Shown: positions 48,726 to 59,428, numbered from the stretch's first letter. The stretch is DNA of 64,000 nucleotides from Candidatus Nomurabacteria bacterium RIFCSPHIGHO2_12_FULL_37_29 (GCA_001785675.1 MFUJ01000016.1:149-64148), one strand, 5' to 3'. Numbers and translations: made by a program. The notes: generated from the sequence alone by a model not told the origin.

Positions 48726-49380
48726 CTCTCATTGTTTGATGTAGAAATAACTCCTTAGCAAACATTGATGAAGTTTCTTTGTACACTTCAAGATAATTTT
48801 TTTGAGGTTTTCTTTTAACAATGATATTTCCAGTTTCAGGGTTGAATAAAATTAACCCAATTCCAAATTTATCCAAATAATTTTTATCTATATTTTTTTC
48901 ATATCTAGATAGTATCGCTAGATAGCATTCGTCAGTAAAGCTCTTATATCTGCGTGCTTGCAATATACCTTGTTTCCAATCTTTGAGCTTTGCTTCCACT
49001 GCGACTATCTTTTTTATGGGATTATTTAATTTGTAAGTTTTTGTGTAAACTCCTCGAGAAATTTTTTTTATGTAATTTTTACTTATTAAGTAATTAATAA
49101 CATTTATATTTGTTATTTTACTAACGCCAGTTATTTGAGAAATGTCCTCAAGGGTAAATTTCGATTTACCAGAAATGGAAAGCAAAATTTTTACTCCTAA
49201 ATAATTATCAATCGGTTCTCTTTCCATGGTGTTGTCTTTAGAAAAAAAGTTTTTAGCAAACACAAGATCAGCTATGCCGTATCCTGCACTAAATTCTGTA
49301 ATGGCAATATCAGTATTAAAGAGAGTGGTTAGTTTTTTAGAGAGCTCCTTAACTAACTCATGCTCTGTATTTATCGTCAT
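48712..49380 (-). CDS. HTH-containing PD-(D/E)xK nuclease-like protein
   Basis: E..AGYGIAD, inserted HTH, VEAK..DW.....QA.RY, GIGL. Confidence 0.7.
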   Translation of the reverse strand: MTINTEHELVKELSKKLTTLFNTDIAITEFSAGYGIADLVFAKNFFSKDNTMEREPIDNYLGVKILLSISGKSKFTLEDISQITGVSKITNINVINYLISKNYIKKISRGVYTKTYKLNNPIKKIVAVEAKLKDWKQGILQARRYKSFTDECYLAILSRYEKNIDKNYLDKFGIGLILFNPETGNIIVKRKPQKNYLEVYKETSSMFAKELFLHQTMRAKTA

Positions 49381-49502
49381 GATGATATTATAACTAATAA
49401 TAAAGTTTTAGTTAAGGAATACGGGGATAAGTCAGCAATCAATATCAAAACACCCTTATTTTTCTTAGTGAAAACTTACTATTTCTTTGTTATAATAATT
49501 CT

Positions 49503-50063
49503 ATGTCAAATGTCTTTATTTTTCATGGCACAGAAGGCTACCCAGACGAAAACTGGTTTCCTTGGCTTAAAGAAAAATTAGAAGCTAAGGGGCATCAGGT
49601 GTTTGTGCCTCAATTCCCAACGCCACCGGTAGTGCCGGCTAAAATGGTGGAATGGTTTGGTGTGCTGGAAAATTATCGGCAATACATCAACGAGGACACT
49701 ATTATCATTGGACATAGCTTGGGAGGCATATTTGCTCTACGAGTGCTAGAAGGGCTAGGATCGCCCGTTAAGGCTGTATTCCTAGTTGGAACACCTGTTG
49801 GTGTAAGACCTATTCTAAACTACGACAGAGATAGCAGTTTTAGTGGCTTTGAATTTAATTGGCCAAAGATTAAATCTAATGCAAAACACTTTGTGGTATA
49901 TCAATCTGATGACGATCCATATGTCGGTTTGGACAATGGAAAGGAACTCGCCAAGAATCTTGGAGTAGAATTTACTTTTATTCCCAATGCCGGCCATTTC
50001 AATAAAAAAGCTGGTTATACAGAGTTTCAAGATTTATTAAATAGGGTTGAAGAAATTTCATGA
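49503..50063 (+). CDS. Alpha/beta hydrolase (RBBP9/YdeN family)
   Basis: HG...NWFPWL, GHSLG, SDDDPYV, AGHF. Confidence 0.9.
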   Translation: MSNVFIFHGTEGYPDENWFPWLKEKLEAKGHQVFVPQFPTPPVVPAKMVEWFGVLENYRQYINEDTIIIGHSLGGIFALRVLEGLGSPVKAVFLVGTPVGVRPILNYDRDSSFSGFEFNWPKIKSNAKHFVVYQSDDDPYVGLDNGKELAKNLGVEFTFIPNAGHFNKKAGYTEFQDLLNRVEEIS

Positions 50064-50713
50064 AAAAAGCACTTATCACTGGTTCAGAAACTTTTGGAAA
50101 ATACATCACAAACCCTACTAAATGGCTGGCTTTATCTGCCGATGGCAAGGTCATTGCAGGTTATGAAATTCATTCTTTGGTTTTTCCTTCTGTGGTATTA
50201 AATCCTGAGGGAGTTGAAAACAAAGGCGAAGCAACTATTAGAAAAGCCCAAGAGATAGGAGCAGATGTGATTATTTCTTTTGGTATGGCTTCGGAGGTAA
50301 AAGGGTTTCGCTTAGAGAAGACGGGAGTAAATTGGGTATATAACAAAAAATATCTTTCTGAAAAAGAAAATAATAGACCACTTGAACCTTCGCAACCCGA
50401 AAAGGAGAAAATGGAAGCCGATTTATCTCATTGGGATATAGAGAAAATGAAAGAGCTTTTTGTTGATGCAAACTTACCCTTTGAATCCAATATCTCTAAT
50501 GATGCTGGTCAATATTCTTGTAATAGTTGGATATATAGAACATTACTAGCGATGAATAAGCAGAAGCTGAACATTCCTTATCTGTTTGTTCATTGTGCTT
50601 GCACAGAAGAAGCCATAGAACTGGTTTCTGATTTTGATAGAAGTAAGGTTTTAATCAAAAAAGAGGATATGCTGAAGGCATTAGAAATTGTCCTTCAATC
50701 TTATAAAAGCTAG
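50060..50713 (+). CDS. Pyroglutamyl-peptidase I (C15) family
   Basis: LITG..F....NP, RLE, S.DAG.Y.CN, FVH. Confidence 0.85.
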   Translation: MKKALITGSETFGKYITNPTKWLALSADGKVIAGYEIHSLVFPSVVLNPEGVENKGEATIRKAQEIGADVIISFGMASEVKGFRLEKTGVNWVYNKKYLSEKENNRPLEPSQPEKEKMEADLSHWDIEKMKELFVDANLPFESNISNDAGQYSCNSWIYRTLLAMNKQKLNIPYLFVHCACTEEAIELVSDFDRSKVLIKKEDMLKALEIVLQSYKS

Positions 50714-50718
50714 AATTT

Positions 50719-51142
50719 ATGAAAATTGTATTTGTATGCAAAGCCAATCACGGAAGAAGTCAGTTAGCGGAAGCACTTTTTAATAATCTTTCCAAGGGCA
50801 AACATACGGCTACTTCTGCTGGCACAAAAGTTATCAGAGAAGATGCAAACAAAGAGGGTCAAACAATATCAGACCCAAATATCATTGCGGTAATGAAAGA
50901 AATGGGTATTGATGTATCTAAAAATGTCCGAAACCAATTTACGCCAGAAATGCTGAATATCGCGGATAAAGTAATAGTTATGTCTGAGCCTGAGAACACC
51001 CCTTCTTTTTTAAGCCAAAGCAACAAAGCAGTATTTTGGGATGTCCCTGATACATATAAATAAACAAAATCTTGAATTTGTAAGAGGCATAAGGGATAAA
51101 TTTAAAGTTTTAGTAAGCGATTTAATTATGAGCTTGAAATAA
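50719..51142 (+). pseudogene. LMW phosphatase / ArsC-family gene broken by a 4 bp duplication
   Basis: FVCKANHGRSQ, SAGT; duplicated taaa at 51057-51064 creates a stop; removing it restores QNLEFVRGIRDKF to the TAA at 51140-51142. Confidence 0.75.
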
Positions 51143-51153
51143 AAGATAAAATT

Positions 51154-51774
51154 ATGAAATTCTACCTATCATCCTACGAACTAGGAAACGAAACAGAAAA
51201 ATTAACGAAGCTCGTTCCGAAAGGAAAAATTGGGTATGTTCCCAATGCGCGCGACTTTACTGGTGCTGATCCTGTGAGACGAGCCAAAAGAAACGAAAAC
51301 GATATGAACTCGCTTCGCGGACTTGGCTTTGAAGTTGAAATGGTAAATCTACAAGATTACTTTGGAAAGCAGGATGAGTTAAAAAAGAAACTTGAAGAAC
51401 TTGGTGCAATTTTCATATCGGGCGGTAATGTATTTGTTTTAAGGCAAGCAATGAAGTTAAGCGGACTTGATGAGGTTTTGAAAGAACTTCGGAATGATAA
51501 AGATTTTCTTTATGCCGGCTATAGTGCCGCCGGTTGCGTTCTCTATACCAGTTTGAAAGCATATCCAATAGTAGATGATTCAACAGACACACCATACGAG
51601 GCATTAAAAGAAACTCTCTGGGATGGATTGGGATTTGTTGATTTCGCTTTTATGCCCCATTTCGATTCTGATCATCCTGAATCCAAAGCTGTTGGTGAAG
51701 AGATTGAATTTTGTAAGAAAAATAACATACCTTTTAAAGCAATTAGGGATGGAGAGGTTATTATAATTGAATAA
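51154..51774 (+). CDS. Peptidase E / S51 family
   Basis: SGGNVF, GYSAA, PHF. Confidence 0.85.
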   Translation: MKFYLSSYELGNETEKLTKLVPKGKIGYVPNARDFTGADPVRRAKRNENDMNSLRGLGFEVEMVNLQDYFGKQDELKKKLEELGAIFISGGNVFVLRQAMKLSGLDEVLKELRNDKDFLYAGYSAAGCVLYTSLKAYPIVDDSTDTPYEALKETLWDGLGFVDFAFMPHFDSDHPESKAVGEEIEFCKKNNIPFKAIRDGEVIIIE

Positions 51775-51776
51775 TT

Positions 51777-52271
51777 ATGGACAGAATTCTTATCATCGGA
51801 ATAAACGGCGCGGGAAAATCTACATTCGCCAATAAGTTAGGTAAAAAATTAAGCCGAGAAGTCATACATCTCGATAGTGTTTTTTATAAATCAGGATGGC
51901 AAGAGGCTCATTCTACTAGAGAGGAGTGGAAACAGAAAGTAAGAGACTTAGTCGTTAAAGAAAGGTGGATTATTGATGGGCACTACAATAGCACCCTCAA
52001 TATCAGAATGCCGGTCGCCGACACCATAATTTTCTTTAATTTTAACAAACTTCTTTGTCTTTATAGAATATGCAAAAGAGCTAGTGGCAAAGCTCAGCCG
52101 TTTGATAAGCCTCAAGGCAACTTCAATAAATTGTCTTGGAATCTAGTAAAAAAGCTGATTATATTTCCAAAAAAGAAAATACTAAATATGTTGGATCAGT
52201 ATAAAGAGACAAAAAAGATATTCATAGTAAAAAATGATAAGGAGGCACAAGATCTTATTGCGAAACTATAG
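51777..52271 (+). CDS. P-loop kinase (FlaR / topology modulation protein-like)
   Basis: GINGAGKST, HLD, WIIDG. Confidence 0.8.
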   Translation: MDRILIIGINGAGKSTFANKLGKKLSREVIHLDSVFYKSGWQEAHSTREEWKQKVRDLVVKERWIIDGHYNSTLNIRMPVADTIIFFNFNKLLCLYRICKRASGKAQPFDKPQGNFNKLSWNLVKKLIIFPKKKILNMLDQYKETKKIFIVKNDKEAQDLIAKL

Positions 52272-52714
52272 TGTATAAGGCCGTAGGGTAAAATTACTTT
52301 ACTTTGTCCGCCCACATTGATAGATTAGGTATATACGGAGAGACCGGAGACTTCATTAATTCCGTTCTAACACTCTCTAGTACAGCGCACCAGAATAGAA
52401 CTAGACGGTTTTTTGGAAGCCAAAATGCGGGACGCGCTTCGCGTGGTACTTTCCCAAAGGGAAAGTACCGGAAAACGCTAATACAAATATGGACTCGATT
52501 TTACGAAAGCTAAATTTTTTAAAAGGATTTCGCAAAATCTCGGCTTAATGTTTTTGAAATTCGGCGGGGATTTGGATTCCATTGGCGGGAGATTTTGGGA
52601 AAGAATGCGGGAAAAAAATTCTACTAAGTAAAATTTTTACACTTGCTCCCTATAAATGTTTAATTAAAAATGCTATCATAAGACTATGAATCTTAGCGGT
52701 GATTTCACCTTAAT

Positions 52715-53476
52715 ATGATAGAAAAAGTAAAAATTAAAAACTCCAAAGGTCAAAATATTTCAGCAGTAATTCATCGACCTGATATAAAAACAAAAAAACT
52801 TGCAATTTTGTGTCCGGGTTTTTTGGATACCAAGAACTACGATCATTTGATTTTATTATCTGAAGAATTATTGAAAAAAGGTTTTACCGTTGTTCGTTTT
52901 GATCCGACTGGAACATGGGAGTCCGAGGGTGACATTTCAGAATATTTAACTTCTCAATATCTTAATGATGTCAGAAGTGTTTTAGAATATATGCTTAAAG
53001 AGAAAAATTATTCCTATATTCTTTTGGGTGGACATAGTCGAGGTGGACTTATTTCAATACTATATGCATCCCTAGATTCTAGGATTTCTTTTGTTTTAGG
53101 AATCATGCCATCTTCGATACGAATTATGATAGGAACAAAAAGAGAAGAATGGGAAAAAGCGGGTTTTAGTATTGCAAAACGAGATATCCCTAAAAAAAAT
53201 GAGGAAATAGAATTCAAAGTCCCATATTCACATGTTATAGATAGAGACCAATTTAATGTATTTGAGGCAGTAAAAAAAATTACTGTTCCCCTAGTCATGA
53301 TTGCGGGCGAATTAGATAAAGCATGTTTGCCAGAAGATGTAAAAAAATTATTTGATCAAGCCAACGAACCAAAGAAATTTATTCTAATGAAAAATATAGG
53401 TCACGAGTATAGACATAATCTTCTAGAGATAAAAGAAGTTAATAAAGAAATTATTAATTCCTTAGAATTGCCATAA
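52715..53476 (+). CDS. Alpha/beta hydrolase
   Basis: RFD..G...SEG, GHSRGG, GELD, GH. Confidence 0.88.
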   Translation: MIEKVKIKNSKGQNISAVIHRPDIKTKKLAILCPGFLDTKNYDHLILLSEELLKKGFTVVRFDPTGTWESEGDISEYLTSQYLNDVRSVLEYMLKEKNYSYILLGGHSRGGLISILYASLDSRISFVLGIMPSSIRIMIGTKREEWEKAGFSIAKRDIPKKNEEIEFKVPYSHVIDRDQFNVFEAVKKITVPLVMIAGELDKACLPEDVKKLFDQANEPKKFILMKNIGHEYRHNLLEIKEVNKEIINSLELP

Positions 53477-53585
53477 TATACATAGTACATTCACTATGGC
53501 TTGACATGGGTGGTTCAACTAAACAAAAAGAAAGGGCCGAAGTTGAAGCTTCAGCTCCTTCTCCGGCCCATTGATAGAACCTGAC

Positions 53586-54347
53586 TTACTTCTTACTCCA
53601 AACAATCACGTCCCCGACCTTGACGCCCAACTTCTTTGCGCCCAGATCGCGAGCTTGCCCGAGTTCGTAGAGGCCAAAGGAACTTCCTGGAAAAAGAACC
53701 CATCGACCGGTTGCTCGCGACATCATCCGAGGGTCGTACACCGCTTCAATGTGAATTCCGTTGATGCTCACATCGAACATGTTTCCCGTTTCTGCCGGCT
53801 TCAGATCCCCAACGAACTTCATCATTCCGAAGTTGTCGATGTGGACGATGGTACCTTTTTCCAAATTCATCCTTACGATGCTGTTTGGATCAATGGGATC
53901 ACCAAGTTCCGATAGTGAAACCCCTCGCGCCGCCGCCGAGGCTAGTTTCGCCGTAGTGTACTTCCCTGCGAAAGATATGAACCCTCCGCTGTTATGCCGA
54001 GCAAGGTCGTAGAGCTCAGCACAACCAAAATCACGAGTGAGCCAATCAAAGCTTCCCATGTTCCGGCCGATGAATACGATGTTTCGCCCCTGAGTTCTGC
54101 CAATAACATTCATCGGCCTTGTCTTTTCGGCGTTTATCGTAGTCATCAGGACACTGTTCTCGGGGTAGGAATCAGCCATCAATCGAACAGCGAAGTTCGT
54201 GTTGATAACCGAAAACTCTGGAGAGATCGGAATGATGGGTGGAACCACTACGTCAGGCATGTTCTCCACTTCTCGTATTAACACCGCGTACAGTTCATGT
54301 GCCGCGATATCAACACAATCCGTGATATTCACAAGATACTTCTTCAT
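53586..54347 (-). CDS. SAM-dependent halogenase / SAM hydrolase (DUF62) family, divergent
   Basis: ITD, G.NMG, SFAGKY, HIDNFG, GS.G.YELG; start MKKYLV after AAAGGAGG; GC-rich. Confidence 0.75.
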   Translation of the reverse strand: MKKYLVNITDCVDIAAHELYAVLIREVENMPDVVVPPIIPISPEFSVINTNFAVRLMADSYPENSVLMTTINAEKTRPMNVIGRTQGRNIVFIGRNMGSFDWLTRDFGCAELYDLARHNSGGFISFAGKYTTAKLASAAARGVSLSELGDPIDPNSIVRMNLEKGTIVHIDNFGMMKFVGDLKPAETGNMFDVSINGIHIEAVYDPRMMSRATGRWVLFPGSSFGLYELGQARDLGAKKLGVKVGDVIVWSKK

Positions 54348-54504
54348 GCTGTCCTCCTTTCTTTTGTTTTGATGTGCTTCCGGGAACCGCCGGACCGGAT
54401 GCAAAAAAATTTCTGCCTACTTGGTTATTATTATGCATTTTTTATGTTAAAAGTCATTTAAAATCTCATAATAATTTTTTCTATGAAATACAAAAATTAT
54501 TTTT

Positions 54505-55338
54505 TTATGCAGGAAACCCAAAAACAAGCCTACTTTCAGGTGACGATTTTCCACTAAAGAAAAGTCTATGCATTTTGCGGGGCTCATTTTTTGCGAATGC
54601 AGTTCTTGCATGTAGAATTCTTGTATTATCAGCGATGAGTACCTGCCTTTCTTTTAGAGTGAACGCCATATAGTTGGTCTTGTTTTCGAGAAATTTTTTA
54701 ATCTCAAGCATCGCCTCCTGTACTTCCGGTTTTTGAGAAGGTGTGCTTGTTTCATCTGAACGATACCGAATTAATATTCTATCTTTTTCACGTTGAAACA
54801 CTGGTTGACAGGATTTCCTCCCAGCACGTTCAACACACAAAGCATCTGGTGCAAAAAGTGCATTTGCAATTATTTTATTTTGTGCCATTAAATAATCATA
54901 TATAGATTTTCCACTTACCAACCTTGTTGTTCCTCCACTTTTTGCTGGAATTTCGCAACGTAATGCTGTTATATGTGGTGGAGTTTCTTCATACGCACCA
55001 TCAGTGTGAAATGGATGCTCAACATTCGATGTACCTAGATAACCTTGAAAATTATCAGATACTGCAACTTCTGCGATCATATCTTTATCTGCACGATCAT
55101 GTGTTAAGGTAGTACCAAATATATCTTTAAAACAAAGAAGTTGTTCCCGCGGATCCTCATTGCTTTTAAATTCAACAACCAAAGCCCCGTAATTATTAAA
55201 CATCTCAATTATTTTTTCTTTAAATTTTTCTACATGGGAAGAAGAGGGAATCCCGAGTTTGATTGATTCAAGATTACTTCGCGAATCTAGGATGGATTTA
55301 TTTTCTTTTGAATTTACTTTTTCGAAATCATCATTCAT
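54505..55338 (-). CDS. TauD/TfdA family Fe(II)/2-oxoglutarate dioxygenase
   Basis: FHTDG, GG.T, DN.R.LHAR..F, R.M.R. Confidence 0.88.
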   Translation of the reverse strand: MNDDFEKVNSKENKSILDSRSNLESIKLGIPSSSHVEKFKEKIIEMFNNYGALVVEFKSNEDPREQLLCFKDIFGTTLTHDRADKDMIAEVAVSDNFQGYLGTSNVEHPFHTDGAYEETPPHITALRCEIPAKSGGTTRLVSGKSIYDYLMAQNKIIANALFAPDALCVERAGRKSCQPVFQREKDRILIRYRSDETSTPSQKPEVQEAMLEIKKFLENKTNYMAFTLKERQVLIADNTRILHARTAFAKNEPRKMHRLFFSGKSSPESRLVFGFPA

Positions 55339-55808
55339 ATAATTATATTAACATAAGGAATTACTACTTAGCAAAGCTACTATTAGTAGAATTTAATTTC
55401 GAGGAGTGAGGTTTGCTTGCCCGCACATGGGTATCTAGGCGCTCGTAGCCCTAGCGGAAATGCCCGAGGCGGATGCCGAGGGTGTATTTTCCTTTAGATT
55501 GGACACTCTGTGATATGATGAACGAAGGCACAATATTGAAATTGAGTTTTGCATTTTGTCTGTATTTTCTTTTGCGTCGCTTCTTTTTTGAAGAAACCTG
55601 TCCTCACCCCATCGCCCATACCAAATTCAAAAATCTTCCCGCCAAACTAAAATAGAATGAAATGGCGATGGGGCAGACGCTCCGACTTAGGTCAGATGTT
55701 TTGAAAATAGGTTTTAACTTGGTACAATAAATACACCAGAATGGAACTCAAAGGTTTCGAACGAACACAGAGGAATTCAACTATCGATCAAAATGGGATT
55801 TTTTAGTC

Positions 55809-55846
55809 TTGACTTATTAAAAGGTATACCCTATACTCTAGAGTAT
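55809..55846 (+). promoter_or_regulatory. Sigma70-type promoter with overlapping palindrome (putative CsoR operator)
   Basis: TTGACT-17 bp-TATACT; palindrome atactctagagtat at 55833-55846. Confidence 0.55.
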
Positions 55847-56125
55847 ATGGTAAAACAAACATTGCACAAACACGGCGAGCAAAACATAAAGGCTCGTAAA
55901 GTTATCAATATGGCAATCGGGAGCCTCAATACAATTCCTAACATGGTCAATGAAAAACGCTATTGTCCCGAGATTATCCAGCAGCTCGACAGTGTGGTTG
56001 GATTACTAAAAAGTGCGCGGACAGAACTACTTCGCGGGCATCTTGATTCCTGTCTTTCGGAACAACTCAAGAATGACAAAGAGGGAGCGGTCAAAGAATT
56101 ATTAAAAATCTATAACATGCAGTAA
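55847..56125 (+). CDS. csoR: CsoR/RcnR family metal-sensing repressor
   Basis: M.....YC.EI..Q, L.GH...C; directly upstream of a Cu ATPase. Confidence 0.85.
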   Translation: MVKQTLHKHGEQNIKARKVINMAIGSLNTIPNMVNEKRYCPEIIQQLDSVVGLLKSARTELLRGHLDSCLSEQLKNDKEGAVKELLKIYNMQ

Positions 56126-56129
56126 TTTT

Positions 56130-58460
56130 ATGAATACTCCCCAAATATACAAAATAAAAGGAATGCACTGCGCTTCATGCGCAAGCATTATTGAAAGAAC
56201 TCTTAAAAAGATTGAGGGTGTAGAGAATATATCAGTAAATAATGGTACAGAAAATGCCAAAATCTCTTTTGATGAGAATAAAACAAATCCTGATCAATTT
56301 AATAAAAAGCTAGAACCTCTCGGCTACTCACTTGTCGCAAATCACGATATGTATTCTGGTAATATGACCGCAAAAGAAATGAACATGTCGGAAGATGAGC
56401 ACAAGACGCATCTTGGAATTAATCAATCAAAAAAAGAAAAACTTGCAGAAATATCGGACATGAAGTCAAAAGTCATTTCTGCGATTCCGCTTGCCATAAT
56501 TAGCTCTGTAATTTTAGGTTGGGACATTTTAGCCGAATACAAAATAGTTTCTGAAATGAGTCTTACGATTAAGGAATTTTTTCACCATCTTCTACCCCTG
56601 ATGGCGACATACGTTCTATTCGTGGTTGGTAAACCGTATCTTCTTGGTTTTTATCGTTTTCTGCGCTATGGCAAAGCCAATATGGATACTCTTATAGGCA
56701 TAGGTACACTGGTGGCATATCTGTACAGTTTTGCCGTAACTGCTTTTGAAGAACCACTGAAACAGTTCATAAATGTTGACGCAACTTATTATGATGTGAC
56801 GATAATCGTTATTACATTTATCGCGCTCGGAAAGTATTTGGAAGCTAAGTCAAAAATAAAAACCGGAGATGCCATTGAAAAATTACTTAATCTACAGGCG
56901 AAAACTGCCCTTGTAATTAGAAATAATAAAGAAATAGAAATTCCAGTTAATGACGTAATCCATGACGATCTGGTTATTGTTAAACCGGGAGCGAAAATCC
57001 CTGTTGACGGAATAATTACCGAGGGCTCTTCGTTCATTGATGAATCAATGGTTACGGGGGAACCGATGCCGGTTGGTAAAAAAGTTGGTGATAATGTGGT
57101 AGCTGCTACAATAAATACCAGTGGGTCATTCACATTCAAAGCGACCAAAGTCGGGTCGGAAACTTTACTTGCTCATATCATAAAAATGGTAGAAGAGGCG
57201 CAGGGGAGTAAAGCGCCGATTCAAGCATTAGCTGATAGAATTTCAAGTGTCTTTGTGCCAATTGTGCTTGTGATTTCCTTCCTTACTCTTTTAGCATGGC
57301 TTTTTTTCGGCATTAGCACGCTTGGATTTTCGCAAGCACTTTCCTTTGGCCTCGTTTCATTCGTGGGAGTATTAGTAATTGCTTGCCCTTGCGCTTTAGG
57401 GCTGGCAACGCCTACGGCGATTATTGTTGGGGTTGGGAAGGGCGCGCGTGAAGGAATTCTTGTCAAGGATGCAGCTACGCTCGAAAAACTGCATAAGGTG
57501 GATACGGTGATCGTCGACAAAACTGGAACGATTACTATCGGCAAGCCGACACTAGTAGATATTCAAAATTTTTCCGGTTTTTCGGATGATAAATTTATTT
57601 CACTGCTTGCATCGCTTGAAAAAAAGTCCGAGCATCCGATTGCTCACGCAATTGTAAATTACGCGCAAGAAAAAAATATGCCGCTAGAAAATGTTTCAAG
57701 TTTTGAAGGAATACAAGGGAAAGGACTTAAAGGAATAATCAATAACGTGGAATATTTTGTTGGGAACGCAAAACTTGTACAAGAACTCAGAATTCCCTTT
57801 GATAATTTAAAATTAGAACAGTACACGGCACAGGGAAAAACCCCGGTGATTTTTGCGACGCAGGAGAAAGGACTTAGCTCTATTTTGGGATTTGTAATGG
57901 TCGCGGATGAAATAAAAGCAGAATCAAAAAAAGCTGTGAGTGATCTTTATAAACTTGGTATTAAAGTAGTGATGCTAACCGGGGATGATGAGAGAGCAGC
58001 GAAGTATATCGGATCACTCGTTGGCATTGATAATGTGGTTGCTCACGTATTACCACAGGATAAACTGGAAAAGATAAAGGAACTTCAATCACAAGGTAAG
58101 GTTGTAGCCATGGCGGGTGATGGCGTGAATGATGCTCCGGCGTTAGCACAGGCCGATGTCGGTATCGCAATGGCGACAGGCACTGATGTTGCCATTGAAT
58201 CTGCTGGAATTACGCTTTTGCATGGCGACATTTCTAAATTAGTAAAAGCAATAAAATTATCAAAAATGACCATGCGGGGGATCAAGCAGAATCTTTTCTG
58301 GGCTTTCATATATAATATAATTGGCATTCCGCTTGCGACTGGAATTTTCTATCCAATTTTCGGGTGGTTGCTTTCGCCAGTTTTCGCTGGATTTGCGATG
58401 GCGATGTCTAGCGTCTCAGTAGTGTCGAATTCACTGCGGATTAAAAGTAAGAAATTATAA
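56130..58460 (+). CDS. copA: Copper-translocating P1B-type ATPase
   Basis: GMHCASC, TGE, CPC, DKTGT, SEHP, GDGVND, YN, MAMSS. Confidence 0.95.
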   Translation: MNTPQIYKIKGMHCASCASIIERTLKKIEGVENISVNNGTENAKISFDENKTNPDQFNKKLEPLGYSLVANHDMYSGNMTAKEMNMSEDEHKTHLGINQSKKEKLAEISDMKSKVISAIPLAIISSVILGWDILAEYKIVSEMSLTIKEFFHHLLPLMATYVLFVVGKPYLLGFYRFLRYGKANMDTLIGIGTLVAYLYSFAVTAFEEPLKQFINVDATYYDVTIIVITFIALGKYLEAKSKIKTGDAIEKLLNLQAKTALVIRNNKEIEIPVNDVIHDDLVIVKPGAKIPVDGIITEGSSFIDESMVTGEPMPVGKKVGDNVVAATINTSGSFTFKATKVGSETLLAHIIKMVEEAQGSKAPIQALADRISSVFVPIVLVISFLTLLAWLFFGISTLGFSQALSFGLVSFVGVLVIACPCALGLATPTAIIVGVGKGAREGILVKDAATLEKLHKVDTVIVDKTGTITIGKPTLVDIQNFSGFSDDKFISLLASLEKKSEHPIAHAIVNYAQEKNMPLENVSSFEGIQGKGLKGIINNVEYFVGNAKLVQELRIPFDNLKLEQYTAQGKTPVIFATQEKGLSSILGFVMVADEIKAESKKAVSDLYKLGIKVVMLTGDDERAAKYIGSLVGIDNVVAHVLPQDKLEKIKELQSQGKVVAMAGDGVNDAPALAQADVGIAMATGTDVAIESAGITLLHGDISKLVKAIKLSKMTMRGIKQNLFWAFIYNIIGIPLATGIFYPIFGWLLSPVFAGFAMAMSSVSVVSNSLRIKSKKL

Positions 58461-58496
58461 AAGGTCGAGAATTATAAATTAACTAATTATAAAATT

Positions 58497-58718
58497 ATGA
58501 AACTATCAAAAATAATGCATGTTGTCAGTGTCGCCGTTGGCCTTATTGGAATTATTGTATTCTTGACTGCAGTTTTAAGTGGAGCTGATAATGTTGTATT
58601 TGGGGTCACAAAGGCAGATGCATTGCTTTGTGCTGGAATTCTTATTCTTATTGCAATCTGGGGTCAGATTGGAACGATTCACCACATGATGCTTGAGAAG
58701 ACAGGAGAGGTCATTTAA
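58497..58718 (+). CDS. Small two-TM protein
   Basis: 73 aa hydrophobic ORF within the operon; HHMM tail. Confidence 0.65.
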   Translation: MKLSKIMHVVSVAVGLIGIIVFLTAVLSGADNVVFGVTKADALLCAGILILIAIWGQIGTIHHMMLEKTGEVI

Positions 58719-58766
58719 TAAATAAATTGAAGTCGAAATATTAAAAACAATAATTAAAATAAATTT

Positions 58767-59015
58767 ATGATGAACGGATTATATAATGGTTATGGAGACT
58801 GGGGTGTTGGAAATATGATGGGTTGGTTTGGTGGCGGAATTATGATGGTTGCGTTCTGGGTGGCAATTATTTATTTTATTGTTTGGCTCGTTCGTAGCAA
58901 TAAAACTAACGAAGTAGATAATAAAAGAGCCATTGATATCTTAAAAGAGAGATATGCAAAAGGAGAGATAGATAAAAAAGAGTTTGAAGAAAAGAAAAAA
59001 GATCTAAGTAGTTGA
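58767..59015 (+). CDS. SHOCT domain membrane protein
   Basis: Met/Gly-rich N-terminus, [18 protein letters not shown]. Confidence 0.85.
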   Translation: MMNGLYNGYGDWGVGNMMGWFGGGIMMVAFWVAIIYFIVWLVRSNKTNEVDNKRAIDILKERYAKGEIDKKEFEEKKKDLSS

Positions 59016-59037
59016 TTATCATTTAACTAGAAAATAT

Positions 59038-59421
59038 ATGGAATTTGATTACACTGTAACAACTCAAAAAGATTTTGACTCCGCGGTATTAGCGGTACAA
59101 GACGAAGTAGCTAAGGCTGGTTTTCGAGTCCTTTACATTCATGATGTTCGGGAGACTCTAGACGAAAAAGGATTTACCATCAACCCAATGAAAATTATTG
59201 AGTTTTGTAATGCCAAATCCGCCTACGCTGTCTTGCAAGCGGATATTAAAATTGGACTTTGTTTACCATGTAAAATAAATGTATATACTAAAGACGAGCA
59301 GACTTTTATTTCTGGCATGCGTCCGATTATTCTGCCACAATTTTTCCCAGAAGCGCAATTAGGCACATTGCCGGAAGAAATTGATAAACTTATAAAAATA
59401 GTCATTGATAATTCGAGATAA
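59038..59421 (+). CDS. DUF302 family protein
   Basis: GF.V....D, FCN, GLCLPC. Confidence 0.85.
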   Translation: MEFDYTVTTQKDFDSAVLAVQDEVAKAGFRVLYIHDVRETLDEKGFTINPMKIIEFCNAKSAYAVLQADIKIGLCLPCKINVYTKDEQTFISGMRPIILPQFFPEAQLGTLPEEIDKLIKIVIDNSR

Positions 59422-59428
59422 TTTTATT

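Larger units (their letters stand above)
41288..55750. mobile_element. Integrative element / genomic island at tRNA-Tyr (right boundary uncertain, may extend through the copper cluster)
   Basis: Integrase abutting the tRNA 3' end, primase-ATPase, accessory cargo; no clear attR seen. Confidence 0.65.

Noticed and set aside
52304..52513. 69 aa ORF as a real gene
   Set aside because: TTG start, made largely of hairpin sequence, no recognisable motif
55660..55705. Fluoride riboswitch (GGCGATGG start)
   Set aside because: It lacks the adjacent TCGCC pairing and the TGATG/CTAC 3' elements; it pairs instead with ccccatcgcc near 55607
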